From: Bacteroidales bacterium
Lineage (GTDB): Bacteria > Bacteroidota > Bacteroidia > Bacteroidales > VadinHA17
DNA: 64,000 nucleotides
Direction of reading: 5' to 3'
NCBI GenBank assembly: GCA_034522515.1
Contig: JAXHLF010000027.1
Span: 38,886 to 102,885, forward strand
Part shown: positions 1-10,495 of the stretch, piece by piece
Layout: the number at the start of each line of letters is the position of its first letter
Numbering within the stretch: the first letter of the stretch is position 1
Made by a program: the position numbers and the translations under genes
Notes under the pieces: model-generated
Databases searched by the model: none
What the model saw: only the letters and a program-made list of their open reading frames with translations
What the model was told of the DNA's origin: nothing

Positions 1-961
1 ACAGGCTGGCAAGGAACTCAAGTGTCATCAACGCGCTGATGAACGCAGCCAGAAACGGCAAGAGCGTAACGACAGTGGTTGAGCTGCAGGCGCGTTTCGA
101 CGAGGAGGCCAACATTCTGTGGGGGAACAAGCTGCTTGACGAAGGGGTGAAGGTTATATACGGTGTACCCGGATTAAAGGTCCACTCCAAAATGTGTCTG
201 ATAACAAGGGTTAAGGGTGATGTCACTCGAAGCGGTACGCAGCCGTGGGAACCGGCAATTTCAATGAGAATACGGCAAGGATATATACCGATCACCTGCT
301 GCTGACGTCAGAAAAGAAGATCACCAACGAGGTACTCAAGGCCTTTAACTTTTTCATAGCCAACTACCGGAAAGACACTTTCTACCATCTTATCCTTTCT
401 CCCTTCGGGTTTCGCAACAAGCTTGTGATACTGATAGAGAACGAGATGAAGAACGCCAAAGCCGGAAAGGAGGCCTATATTTATATCAAGATCAACAACC
501 TCACAGATGAGCAGGTCATTACCGCACTGTATAAGGCAGGAAATGCCGGGGTAAACATCAGGCTGATTGTCAGGGGAATGCTGTCACTCGTTCCCGGTGT
601 TAAGGGTGTCAGTGAGAACATCAGGGCAATAGGCATTGTTGACAGGTTTCTTGAACACTCAAGGTTCCTGATCTTCGCCAATGGCGGAGACGAGCTGGTT
701 TACATAACCTCGGCAGATATAATGCCTCGTAACCTTGACAGGAGGATAGAGGTTACCTGTCCGATCTGGGATCCTGCCTTGAAAAAGGAGATCACGGATG
801 TATTTGATATTCAGTGGAATGACAACGTTAAAGCGAGGCTCTATGATGAAGAGCAGTCAAACCGGCTGGTCAACTCCGGCAGTAATCCCCTTCGTTCACA
901 GATTGAGATCCACAGGTACCTCTCGGAGGTCAACGGTCAGGCTCATGAAGTCAACGGCTGA
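1..961 (+). CDS. ppk1: Polyphosphate kinase 1, 5'-truncated by window, one apparent frameshift near 225
   Basis: VELQARFDEEANI, GLKVHSK, GTGNFNE.TARIYTD, IVDRFLEHSR, SADIMPRNLDRRIEV motifs across ORFs 39-305 and 245-961. Confidence 0.93.
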
Positions 962-1034
962 TCTCAGGAGGTCAACGGTCAGGCTCATGAAGTCAACGGC
1001 TGATCAAAGGAATTCAACGGTCAGTCTCAGGAGG
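930..1034. repeat. 21-bp tandem repeat x5 joining the convergent ppk1 and amidase 3' ends
   Basis: TCAACGG recurs at 930, 951, 972, 993 and 1014 with alternating unit variants. Confidence 0.92.
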
Positions 1035-2619
1035 CCACACGGGAATAAACCCGGGTGCCCTGCGGTGCTTCGTTCCGGTCTCGTAGGCATATGCCATCTC
1101 CAGCAGGAGGGGCTCACTCCATGCCCGGCCGAAGAATGATATTCCCACTGGCAGTCCCTCAATGAAACCCATTGGCACGGTGATGTTGGGATAGCCCGAG
1201 ATGGCTGCAGGTGATGAGCTGCTTACAAGGTATGCGTCACCGTTGATCAGGTCGGTCTTCCAGGCGGGGGACCCTGTGGGAGCGATAAAGGCATCAAGCC
1301 GGTTCTCCGTCATCACCCGGTCGATGCCCTCCTCCCTGACCAGGCGGTTCATCTTTTCCACGATCGCGATGAACTCCAGCGACTCCACACTGCCCTTCTT
1401 CTGTGCTTCGAGAAGCAGATCCTGGTCATAGAAGAGGAGCTCAATACTGTCATTGCTGTTGAACGCAATGAGTTCCTCCACATTTTTTACCGGGGCATTC
1501 TCACCGAGGGAGGCAAAGTACTTGTTCAGCCCGTCCTTGAATTCCCACAGCAGTACCTGGAAAGAGAGCGATCCCGCCTCCCTGTCATAGATACGGTCTA
1601 TCTCTATCACCTCGGCTCCCTGGCTTCGGATATGGTCAACGGCCTTCTGCATCAGGGTGTCAACCTTGTAATGCTGTCCGCGTGCCGAGGTGTACCATCC
1701 TATCCGTTTCCCTTCCAGTCCGTCCTCCTTCAGGAAAGGCGTGTAATCAGTAAGGTACCTGCCCTTCCGATGCTGCCGTCTTGCTGTCGGCGGGGTCAAT
1801 TCCCGTCATCACTCCCAGGGCTGTGGCTGCGTCGCGCACCGTGCGTCCCATGGGTCCGGGTGTGTCCTGTGTGAATGAGATAGGCACAATTCCGCTGCGG
1901 CTCAGGAGTCCCACGGTAGGTTTGATGCCCACGATGCCGTTGGCGGTTGACGGGCATACAATAGAACCGTTCGTCTCTGTGCCTATGGCTATCATGCAGA
2001 GATTGGCTGATACGGCCACGCCTGGCCCTGAGCTTGAGCCGCACGGGTTGCGGTCAAGGATGTATGGGTTCTTTGTCTGTCCACCCACGCCGCTCCAGCC
2101 GCTGGAGGAGAGGTTCCCGCGGAAGTTGGCCCACTCGCTCAGGTTAGCCTTGCCAAGTATCACCGCCCCGGACTCACGCAGCTTCTGTGCCACAAAACTG
2201 TCTTTCAGAGGATGCGATCCGCGCAATGCCCGTGATCCGGCAGTAGTCTCCATGCCGTCATGGGTGTCTATATTATCTTTCAGCAGAACAGGGACGCCGT
2301 GCATCGGTCCGCGCTTCTTTCCTTCACTGAGCTCGGCATCAAGCTGTGCAGCTATTGTCATCGCATCAGGATTGATCTGGATGACCGCGTTGAGCATCGG
2401 TCCGGCATCATCAATGGCGTCAATGCGGTCAAGATATGCCTGCACAACCTCCGTTACGGTAAAATCACCGTTGGCATAGCCCTGTTGCATTTGCTCTATG
2501 GTGAATTCTTCAAAACGGAACGAGGCAGTGCCGTCTGCTTTCTTGCCGTTTTCCTGCCTGCATGAGGTAACAGCAAGCAATATAAAGACAACGAGTGCGG
2601 TAAGGAGATTTTTTTTCAT
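1014..2619 (-). CDS. Amidase signature family protein, probable lipoprotein, apparent frameshift near 1770
   Basis: GPMHGVPVLLKDN, GKANLSEWAN, CGSSSG, GTETNGSIVCP and C-terminal GLPVGISFFG; N-terminal MKKN...VTSC lipobox. Confidence 0.88.
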
Positions 2620-2668
2620 ATCGGAGCATGTTTTATTTAACAATCAGACGAAGTTAAAATTAATTTTC

Positions 2669-2755
2669 TTTGAATGGTGTCCGTGAGACTTATTGCATTT
2701 GATTGGTGTCAGGAAGGTTTATTGCATTCTATTGGCACCCGGGAGACCTTTTGAA
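2669..2755. repeat. Degenerate 29-bp tandem repeat x3 upstream of the amidase
   Basis: TTTGAATGGTGTCCGTGAGACTTATTGCA / TTTGATTGGTGTCAGGAAGGTTTATTGCA / TTCTATTGGCACCCGGGAGACCTTTTGAA. Confidence 0.65.
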
Positions 2756-2765
2756 CTGGCGTTCA

Positions 2766-3389
2766 TCAGCTCTGCTCCGGAAATTCCATGAAGACAATAA
2801 GTTGTCCGGTTTCAAATTCCAGCTTGAATGATTCCCCCTCTGCTTCATTGAGCGTTCCGCGCCACCACGATGAAAGTTTAAGATCGTCAAGAGGGTAGCG
2901 AAGGCCTGTGGAGGTCACGGCGAGACGGGGGTCCAGGCTGAAAAGCGATACCTGCTGACCGGGTTGTGATTCAAGAGTTACGTTGCGGTCATATACCCTG
3001 AATGAACCGGTATCAGTAAGCATGATGGCTTTTATGAGGCGGTTGTAATCTGCAAGAAGCGAAATGTTTCCCAGGGTATGGTCCTCGCGGATGCCGGTGG
3101 CACCCAGTATTACAACCTCTTTTATTCCCTCCGTGATACACCACCTGACCGCCTTGGTGAGGTCGTTGGACTCCTGGTCTGAATCCTGAACAAGGATCCT
3201 TTCATACCTCCTTTTCAGGGCAGGAGAGACCGAGTCAAGGTCTCCGATGATTATTCCCGGGTCAAGGCCGTGGTCAACAAGTTTTTCCGCTGCCCCGTCA
3301 CAGCATATGATGAGGCCTGCATGGTGCAGGTAACCGAGGGGGACCGGGTGTGTGGGGTAAGCGCCGTTGGCGAGGATTACCGTTTTCAT
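2766..3389 (-). CDS. thiN: Thiamine pyrophosphokinase
   Basis: CCDGAA, IIGDLDS, DQESNDLTKA, GATG.REDHTLGN, GL.YPL motifs; thiamine operon context. Confidence 0.92.
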   Translation of the reverse strand: MKTVILANGAYPTHPVPLGYLHHAGLIICCDGAAEKLVDHGLDPGIIIGDLDSVSPALKRRYERILVQDSDQESNDLTKAVRWCITEGIKEVVILGATGIREDHTLGNISLLADYNRLIKAIMLTDTGSFRVYDRNVTLESQPGQQVSLFSLDPRLAVTSTGLRYPLDDLKLSSWWRGTLNEAEGESFKLEFETGQLIVFMEFPEQS

Positions 3390-3547
3390 AGTCGAAAGTC
3401 TGTAAAGTCCCTTAGGTTTATCTCGTGGGACAAGTTCTGATAGTGGTTTTTATTAATTACCGTAATTTGCTTTCAAACCAACCGTTACGGGCGAATCGCC
3501 CCTCTGTTCCCTGCTGCCCTCCATTCTGTCCGGCTCCGTCGCTGAAA

Positions 3548-4174
3548 TTATCTGCCAGATGGCGGATCATTACTTAATGCCCGGCCCTCTGCTGCCTGAC
3601 TCCTGCTCCACTCCCGAACGCCAACAACAGCCATAACAAGATAAACCGTGAACAGCACGGCAGTCGGGTACATTTTCATCACCAAATATACGACAACTGC
3701 AATTGCGTTGGCCACGATCCAGACATACCACTGCTCAAGGTATTTCCTTGTAAGCATCCAGGTAGCCACAACAGAGAGCGATGTTATAAGTGCGTCCCAT
3801 ACCGGCACCGGCGAATCCGTCGCCCGGTCGAGAAGCAACCACAGTCCTGCCCAGAGGACTACCGCCAACAGTGCACATACCGCCGCCGTAGCGGAGTCTA
3901 TCTGCCTGACATCGGTCCGGAGCCCGGTTTGATCACCCTCCTGCTGCCGGCGCCACCTGTACCATCCGTAAATGCTTATTACAAGATAGTATCCCTGCAA
4001 ACCCATGTTGGCATAAAACCCGTTGCGTCCGAAAACATATATATACACCGCGGAAGTGATAATCCCCAGCGGCCACAGCAGTATGTTGCGTCTTATCTCG
4101 AGTATCACGTAGGCAATGCCCGCAACGACCCCGAAGATCTCGACAATGTTTTCAGTTATCCAGTTGATTGTCAT
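3548..4174 (-). CDS. pnuC: PnuC-family transporter, thiamine-specific (PnuT) by context
   Basis: Multi-TM protein with WPLGII, LQGYY...YGW, WDA..TSLS..ATWM, EQWYVW; start moved to ATG 4174. Confidence 0.88.
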   Translation of the reverse strand: MTINWITENIVEIFGVVAGIAYVILEIRRNILLWPLGIITSAVYIYVFGRNGFYANMGLQGYYLVISIYGWYRWRRQQEGDQTGLRTDVRQIDSATAAVCALLAVVLWAGLWLLLDRATDSPVPVWDALITSLSVVATWMLTRKYLEQWYVWIVANAIAVVVYLVMKMYPTAVLFTVYLVMAVVGVREWSRSQAAEGRALSNDPPSGR

Positions 4175-4178
4175 TGGG

Positions 4179-6620
4179 TCAGAAGGATAATGAAATGCCT
4201 GCTGTGTAATTGATCCCCGCCTGCGGGAAAAAATATGCCCACGATTTTTCCACGCCGTCTTCGGTCCACATCCCACCGTAGGCATTGTTCTCGTAGGTGG
4301 CGCTGAAGAGGTTGTTGACCATGAAACGCAGCGTCAGCTCACCCGCCTTCCTTATATTGAACCGGTAACCGGCAGAGAGGTTGCTGACGAAGTAAGGACT
4401 GATGGTCCTCTCCTCGCTCATTGTATTGTCAAAGTACTGCTTTCCCACATACTTGCCTGTCAGCCTCAATGAAAGCTGTTCCACCGGGTTGACTTCCAGC
4501 TCCGCCGATCCCGTCAGCCGGGGTGAATATGCTATATCAACCAGGCCGAGATCTTTGTAGAGATACTCCTCGCTCCAGTCTTCGGTGTCATAGCTGAAGT
4601 AATAATTGCGGAAGTCCTTTATCGTGCTGCGACTCAGGGTAAGGTTCATCTTCAGGGCCACCGCCTGCGAAGGCCTGTAGCTGCCGGCAAGCTCCACCCC
4701 TGTCCTGTAGCTGACAGGCACGTTTGACATGATTGGGTACCCGGTATTGCTTATCCTTCCCGTTGGTACAAGCTGATCATTGTAATGCATGTAGTAGATG
4801 TTGACGCTCATGGCAGCCCTGGAGTTCCTCCAGCTATAACCTCCTTCGAGGTCAGTGAGACGTTCCCGTGCCGGGGTTGCCTCCTCATCGCCGGCAGCAT
4901 CCTTGTAGTCGGTCCTCGTGGGCTCACGGTGAGCCACGGCTGCCGAGACAAATGCTTCGCTTCCGCTGCCGTTGCTCCAGAAGATGCCTGTCTTGGGGTT
5001 GAAGAAAGTGAACCAGTAGCTGCCAGTGAGATCCTTCAGGTCACTGTCAGGACCACTGAAGCGGTAGCTGATATGCCTCAGCTGAAGGTCGGCAAAGGCG
5101 CTGAGGCTGCCTGACACCTTCGCGTTTACCTTACCATAGATGTTGAGTTCATCCTTCAGCCCTTCATTCCTGTACCACTCATGGCCGGGAGGCACCAATC
5201 CGGGAAACTCCATCCAGGTGACTCTTCCGTAGTGATCACCGTCATAACGGTTCACTGCTCCGCCAAATGTCCACTCTGCGGTTTTCCCCTGTCTGATCAG
5301 AGACCAGACGGCACCATAAAAATAGTTGCCAAGCCACTTCTGCTGCACGATGTCAGTGGCGGTTACCTCCGGAACATACGTCATCATGTCGTCAAGGCCA
5401 TATTCAGCCGGATCAATGTCGCTCACCTGTTCCTCGTAATACCCCTTTCCCGTTGTGAGGTGCAGGCCGGCATTCAGGATGAAATGTCGCGCGAAGTTGT
5501 GGGTGTACAGGAGATGGTAATGGTTCTGATCATAATTGTCGGTCTCGTCCTCATAGTAACGCACCTGTCCCTCGCTGTCGGTATATTCTCCTGCTGGGTT
5601 ATAGCGCCTGTTTTCCGGCATGACCTCCGAGGGGACACCCCACCAGCTTATACCTGTTCTTTCGCTCCCGGTGATCACGTTAAAGCGGATTCTGTCCGAA
5701 GGGGCGGACCAAATGCCGGTGACCATCGCCGATCTTATGTCAGCGTCGCTGTGGTCGATAAATCCGTCACTGCCTATCTGTGATGCCCGGACCATCATGT
5801 TGAATCTCTCCCCGAGAACTCCTGTCCACGCCTTTGCTGAGGCCCTGAAGGTGTTGAACGAGCCGTACGACAGCTCTGTAACGACGCCCGGATCAGGGGG
5901 CGGTGTCATGCTGCTTATGTTCACCGATGCCCCGAATGCACCGGCGCCGTTGGTGGAGGTTCCCACCCCGCGCTGTACCTGTATGCTTCCTGCCGACGAG
6001 GCCAGGTCAGGGAGGTCAACCCAGAACACCTGCTGTGATTCTGCATCGTTGAGAGGAATACCGTCAAGCGTTATGTTTATCCTGCTGGCGTCTGTGCCTC
6101 GTATCCTGAGAGAGGTGTAACCGATGCCGTTCCCCGCATCAGAGGTCTCAACCACCGATGGCGTCATCGACAGGAGATAGGGCATGTCCCTTGTCATGTC
6201 GCGCTCCCTGAGCTCTGCTGCTTCCACGGTGCTGTGTGCCATGGGTGTGCGGTTTCCTGCGCGACTGCCCCTGACGATCACCTCCTCAGCCATGAAAAGC
6301 GCCTCTTTAAGTGAGGCATCCGCCACAGCTGTTCCTCTGACGACCACCAGCGTGTCAAAGGTATCATACCCTGTGAAGCTTATTTGCAGGGCATAAGTGC
6401 CGTCACGCAGTCCCCGCAGGGCATACCTTCCGTCGTTGCCTGTAGCCACTCCTGCCCTGATACTGTCAATCACCACCGAAGCTCCCGCCATGGGTACTCC
6501 TCCGGCGTCAATGACGCGGCCGGTGATCATGCCTCCGGAGCGCTGGCCTGTTGCCGCGGCGGACGCGGCCAGCATCAGGAACATGAATACCAAAAACTTC
6601 CTCACCATTTCTCTAACCAT
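4179..6620 (-). CDS. TonB-dependent receptor, thiamine uptake
   Basis: Signal peptide, plug motif GYTSLRIRGTD..RINITLDGIPLND.ESQ.VFWV, C-terminal Phe; lies under a TPP riboswitch. Confidence 0.9.
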   Translation of the reverse strand: MVREMVRKFLVFMFLMLAASAAATGQRSGGMITGRVIDAGGVPMAGASVVIDSIRAGVATGNDGRYALRGLRDGTYALQISFTGYDTFDTLVVVRGTAVADASLKEALFMAEEVIVRGSRAGNRTPMAHSTVEAAELRERDMTRDMPYLLSMTPSVVETSDAGNGIGYTSLRIRGTDASRINITLDGIPLNDAESQQVFWVDLPDLASSAGSIQVQRGVGTSTNGAGAFGASVNISSMTPPPDPGVVTELSYGSFNTFRASAKAWTGVLGERFNMMVRASQIGSDGFIDHSDADIRSAMVTGIWSAPSDRIRFNVITGSERTGISWWGVPSEVMPENRRYNPAGEYTDSEGQVRYYEDETDNYDQNHYHLLYTHNFARHFILNAGLHLTTGKGYYEEQVSDIDPAEYGLDDMMTYVPEVTATDIVQQKWLGNYFYGAVWSLIRQGKTAEWTFGGAVNRYDGDHYGRVTWMEFPGLVPPGHEWYRNEGLKDELNIYGKVNAKVSGSLSAFADLQLRHISYRFSGPDSDLKDLTGSYWFTFFNPKTGIFWSNGSGSEAFVSAAVAHREPTRTDYKDAAGDEEATPARERLTDLEGGYSWRNSRAAMSVNIYYMHYNDQLVPTGRISNTGYPIMSNVPVSYRTGVELAGSYRPSQAVALKMNLTLSRSTIKDFRNYYFSYDTEDWSEEYLYKDLGLVDIAYSPRLTGSAELEVNPVEQLSLRLTGKYVGKQYFDNTMSEERTISPYFVSNLSAGYRFNIRKAGELTLRFMVNNLFSATYENNAYGGMWTEDGVEKSWAYFFPQAGINYTAGISLSF

Positions 6621-6674
6621 TTAATAATTCACTGTCAGAAGTGAGGGTGTTTCAACAAGCTGGAAATGATTACT

Positions 6675-6750
6675 CTCTTTCCCTACGCCGGCATTACCCG
6701 GATCAGGTTTTAAGGGTATGATCTCAGCCTGTTAAGTAAGGCACCCCGTA
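6675..6750 (-). promoter_or_regulatory. TPP riboswitch
   Basis: Minus strand reads GGGGTGC...GGCTGAGA.CATACCC...AACCTGATCCGGGTAATGCCGGCGTAGGGA, the THI-box core. Confidence 0.95.
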
Positions 6751-6761
6751 ATTTGACAACG

Positions 6762-6769
6762 CAAATATA
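6762..6769 (-). promoter_or_regulatory. Bacteroidota -7 promoter element for the thiamine operon
   Basis: TATATTTG (TAnnTTTG) just upstream of the riboswitch. Confidence 0.65.
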
Positions 6770-6828
6770 CGACAGAAATATCTGAAATGCCAAAAAACCG
6801 GAGCAAAGCTCAGTAATTTCTATATTCG

Positions 6829-6836
6829 TATATTTG
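6829..6836 (+). promoter_or_regulatory. Bacteroidota -7 promoter element, divergent
   Basis: TATATTTG about 22 nt upstream of ATG 6859. Confidence 0.55.
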
Positions 6837-6858
6837 TCAGGAGGAAAGAGGGCAGAAA

Positions 6859-7266
6859 ATGGATGATATTCTAAAGAAACTAAAGTATGGTGACCAGGAG
6901 CGTATAGCAGTTCTGAATGCTCCGGATGAGTTCAGGGAGCGGATTTCCGGCTTGCTTCCTGATGTAAGGATAGACACTGAGATCAATGCCCGGTACCTGT
7001 ATGATTTCATGATTGCCTTCACACCCGGCTCCTCGGATGTGGAGAAGATCGTACCGGCATGCATTCATAACCTGAGCGATGACGGAAAACTGTGGATGGC
7101 CTATCCGAAAGGCACCTCGCGCAAGTATACAAGCGACATCAACCGCGACCACGGCTGGAATACTGTAGAGGAAACCGGCTTCAGGCGTGTAGCCCAGGTG
7201 GCAATTGACAACGACTGGTCAGCCCTGCGTTTCCGTAACGCAAGGTATGTAGTCACAGGAAAATAG
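6859..7266 (+). CDS. Conserved hypothetical protein (DUF3052-like)
   Basis: [28 protein letters not shown]. Confidence 0.75.
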   Translation: MDDILKKLKYGDQERIAVLNAPDEFRERISGLLPDVRIDTEINARYLYDFMIAFTPGSSDVEKIVPACIHNLSDDGKLWMAYPKGTSRKYTSDINRDHGWNTVEETGFRRVAQVAIDNDWSALRFRNARYVVTGK

Positions 7267-7268
7267 TT

Positions 7269-8760
7269 ATGCAAATGAGAATGCTTCTGATAACGGGGTT
7301 CTGTCTTGCATTCTTCATATCATGCAACCGGGAAGATGCATCCGAGTACTTTACCGGCAGGGTGGAATTTCCCGTTCAGCCCAACCTGGGTGCCAAGGAG
7401 GCCATGGCGGCGCGTGTGGTGCCGCATCCCCGTCAGTTTGAATGGCAGAAGCTTGAGATGACAGCCTTCATTCACTTCGGCATCAATACCTTCACTGACA
7501 GGGAATGGGGCACCGGAGACGAATCCCCGGAGCTATTCAATCCTACCTCCCAGGATGCTGAACAGTGGGTGAAGGTTCTGGGGTGAGGCAGGCATGAAGA
7601 TGGTGATCATCACAGCCAAACATCACGACGGTTTTTGCCTGTGGCCGACGAAAACGACTGATCACTCGGTGGCATCCAGCCCGTGGAAAAGCGGCAAGGG
7701 TGATGTAATAAGGGAGCTGAAGGATGCATGCGACAAATATGAGATGAAGTTCGGGCATATCTTCTCGCCATGGGACCGCAATGCCGGTTGCTATGGCGAT
7801 TCTCCGGCATACAACCGTTTTTACATGGAGCAGCTGACAGAGCTGCTGTCATGGTACGGAAAGGTGGATGAGGTATGGTTTGACGGCGCAAATGGGGAAG
7901 GTCCTGACGGACGCCGGCAGGAATATGACTGGCAGGCTTATTATGACCTCATCAGGAAGCTGCAACCTGATGCCGTCACGGCAATCATGGGAGAAGATGT
8001 GAGATGGGTGGGGACAGAGACAGGATACGGTCGCGAAACGGAATGGAGTGTGACGGCACTGGCGCCGGGAGGCATACCGGAAAGCCGTGCCATTAACGAG
8101 GCGCTGGGACTTACTCCCATGTCGGGCGACCTGGGTAGCAGCACACTGCTTCGAAAGGCTGAAAATCTCTACTGGTACCCGGCCGAGGTGGATGTCTCAA
8201 TACGACCGGGGTGGTTCTGGCATGCCTCGGAAGACAGCCAGGTGAAGGATGTCAGCAAGCTGGCTGAAATATACCTCAGTTCGGTGGGACGCAACGCGGT
8301 GCTCCTGCTTAACGTCCCTCCCGACAACAGGGGACTGATAACTGATTATGACATAAATAACCTGAGAGGCTTGAAAGAGTGGATCGACGGCATGTATGAC
8401 ACTGACCTTCTCAACGGTGCCAGACCATATGGCCGGGGTGCCTCCTACGCCATCGACGGTGATAACAGCACCTCATGGAACCCGCGGCGTGGCCGTGTTG
8501 CCTCCTTCGTCCCGGCTATTGTCGCCACATTCAATGTTGCCATGCTCCAGGAAGATATAAGCAAGGGACAGAGGGTTGAGAAGTTCGTCATTGAAGCCCT
8601 GTCAGCATCACAATGGGATACAATAGCCACAGGCACAACAATCGGTTATAAGCGCCTTATAAGGTTCCCCGAGGTAAAGGCCGATGAGATCAGGCTCACA
8701 ATCATCTCATCAAGGGCAAATCCGCATATCAGTACTTTCGCACTGTACAATACTGAATAA
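7269..8760 (+). CDS. Alpha-L-fucosidase (GH29) lipoprotein, apparent frameshift near 7585
   Basis: [48 protein letters not shown]; C-terminal F5/8-like domain. Confidence 0.9.
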
Positions 8761-8808
8761 ATTGGTACGGTTCTTGTTTCCTGAACTGATGTAATAAATA
8801 GTTGAGAT

Positions 8809-9376
8809 ATGAAAAATATAGCAGCATCAGTCCTCATATTGCTATTTGCAATAGCAGCCACGGCACAGGACAAAGTGCCTCTTACAAAGCAGGAGAAGAA
8901 AGCTCTGAGGCAGGAAGAGAAAAGGCAAAACGAAGCAATTATGGCCATAAATACAACCGAAGCACTAAAATCAGGCCGGTTCGTTCTCAAGGCTGACCAG
9001 CTGCGAGGCCGCGGAGGGTATATGACGAGTGTCAATCCCACTCACAAACTTCGTAGCGGTAGAGGGAAAAGAGGCATATTTCCAGATGGCCTCAGTGTCA
9101 GGAGTTGGTTTCAACGGCCTTGGCGGGGTGACACTGAAGGGCAGGATAACCTCATTCGAGATAAACCAGGAAAAGAAACACGGTTCATACACCATTCTGA
9201 TGAACACCGTTGGCAACGGAGGCAATCTCACAATAGTGATGAAAGTTAACAAAACCGGGGAGATGGCTTCTGCATCAGTCTCTTCAAACCATGGAAGCAG
9301 GATTGACCTGAGCGGTGTACTCGTACCCTGGACAGGTACCGGGGCGCAGATTTATAAAGGCAGGGAGGCCTATTGA
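8809..9376 (+). CDS. Exported protein, DUF4251-like, apparent frameshift near 9044
   Basis: Signal peptide ending ATA-Q, FVL.A..L, TNFV, NGLGGVT..G. Confidence 0.7.
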
Positions 9377-9413
9377 AACAAATTTCCATTAAACACCGAT
9401 AATACAATTCTGT

Positions 9414-9830
9414 ATGATAAAACTGTTGAAATTCTATCCGTTACTGATTCCTGTTATGCTGGCTTCATGCACTCCTTCTCCTCAGTATTTCAAGTACAGT
9501 AACATTGTAATACCGGTCGAAGAGAGGATTATTCCGGAGACAGCACCGTTGAACGTACCGCTCAGCATTTACGCATACGCTTCGGCACCCGACGGCTGCT
9601 GGTCTAACATCCACTTCGTCTTTGAGGAGACTGATGAAAAAGCTTATAACCTCTTTGCGCTGGCCGACTATGAAAGCAAAGGGGCATGCCCTGAAGTTCT
9701 GGTGACGGGTGACACATTGTTAACCTTCACACCTGTCCGCCCCGGAAACCATATAATTACGATCTGGAGAACCTCTTCCACCTTTGACCTTGATACAATA
9801 AAGGTTGGCGAATTTTTGACGGAGAAATGA
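9414..9830 (+). CDS. Hypothetical lipoprotein
   Basis: LASC lipobox, PDGCW and C-P-EV cysteines, intact ORF. Confidence 0.7.
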   Translation: MIKLLKFYPLLIPVMLASCTPSPQYFKYSNIVIPVEERIIPETAPLNVPLSIYAYASAPDGCWSNIHFVFEETDEKAYNLFALADYESKGACPEVLVTGDTLLTFTPVRPGNHIITIWRTSSTFDLDTIKVGEFLTEK

Positions 9831-9831
9831 C

Positions 9832-10422
9832 CTACCTGCCGCTTTTCCTGAGCGGTTTCGTCAGCCAGTTGCGCTGATGCTCCTCCTCGGCCATGTGAAA
9901 TATCTCCTTGTTGACGTATTTGATCGATTCCACGGTATAAAGGGCGCGTGGATTGAACAGGTTTATCTGGTCGAGAACCTCCTTTATCATGCTTCTGCGC
10001 GCGATGATGTATATCACTGCAACTTCTCCTTCAATGCCCTCTGCCCTGACCGATGTGACACCGTAACCCTTAGCCCTGAGATCCTCGATAAGCTTCTTGG
10101 CGTCCTTGCGGGTTATAACCCTGATCATCTCATGACCTATGGCCAGCTTTTCTTCAAGGAACATGCCCACAAAGTTACCGGTGGCAAAACCTGCCGCGTA
10201 GGCTATGTAACAGCCCCAGTTGTCAAGATCCTGCATGATGCGGCTGATAGCCATCAGCCAGATAAGAACTTCAAAGAATCCTACCAGCGGAGCCACCCGC
10301 TTCATTCCCTTGGTTGTAAAAATGATCCTCAGTGTGCCGAGAGAAACATCGATAATTCGCGCCACAAAGATGAAGAGTGGCAACAGGATATACGTAACTA
10401 CATCTGAATTAAATACTTCCAT
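9832..10422 (-). CDS. UPF0316/DUF2179-family membrane protein
   Basis: IF.ARIIDVSLGTLR, GFFEVLIW, YAAGFATGN.VG, GYGVT...AEG; start moved to ATG 10422. Confidence 0.85.
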   Translation of the reverse strand: MEVFNSDVVTYILLPLFIFVARIIDVSLGTLRIIFTTKGMKRVAPLVGFFEVLIWLMAISRIMQDLDNWGCYIAYAAGFATGNFVGMFLEEKLAIGHEMIRVITRKDAKKLIEDLRAKGYGVTSVRAEGIEGEVAVIYIIARRSMIKEVLDQINLFNPRALYTVESIKYVNKEIFHMAEEEHQRNWLTKPLRKSGR

Positions 10423-10495
10423 GATGCTAACAAACATTTTTGAACTTGCTAAGTTATGACTATTTTTGAAACAGATTGCCCCAACAGAGAGCCTG

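Noticed and set aside
930-1034. Possible CRISPR array or iterons
   Set aside because: No spacers, overlaps coding ends, and no rep or cas gene.
3489-3501. GGGCGAATCGCCC palindrome as a REP element
   Set aside because: Only one copy seen, with no associated transposase.
2766-6750. Thiamine TonB receptor-pnuT-thiN operon as a new system
   Set aside because: Established Bacteroidota thiamine acquisition arrangement under a TPP riboswitch.
7584-7586. TGA in GH29 as selenocysteine
   Set aside because: The continuation at 7594 is in another frame; simple frameshift.
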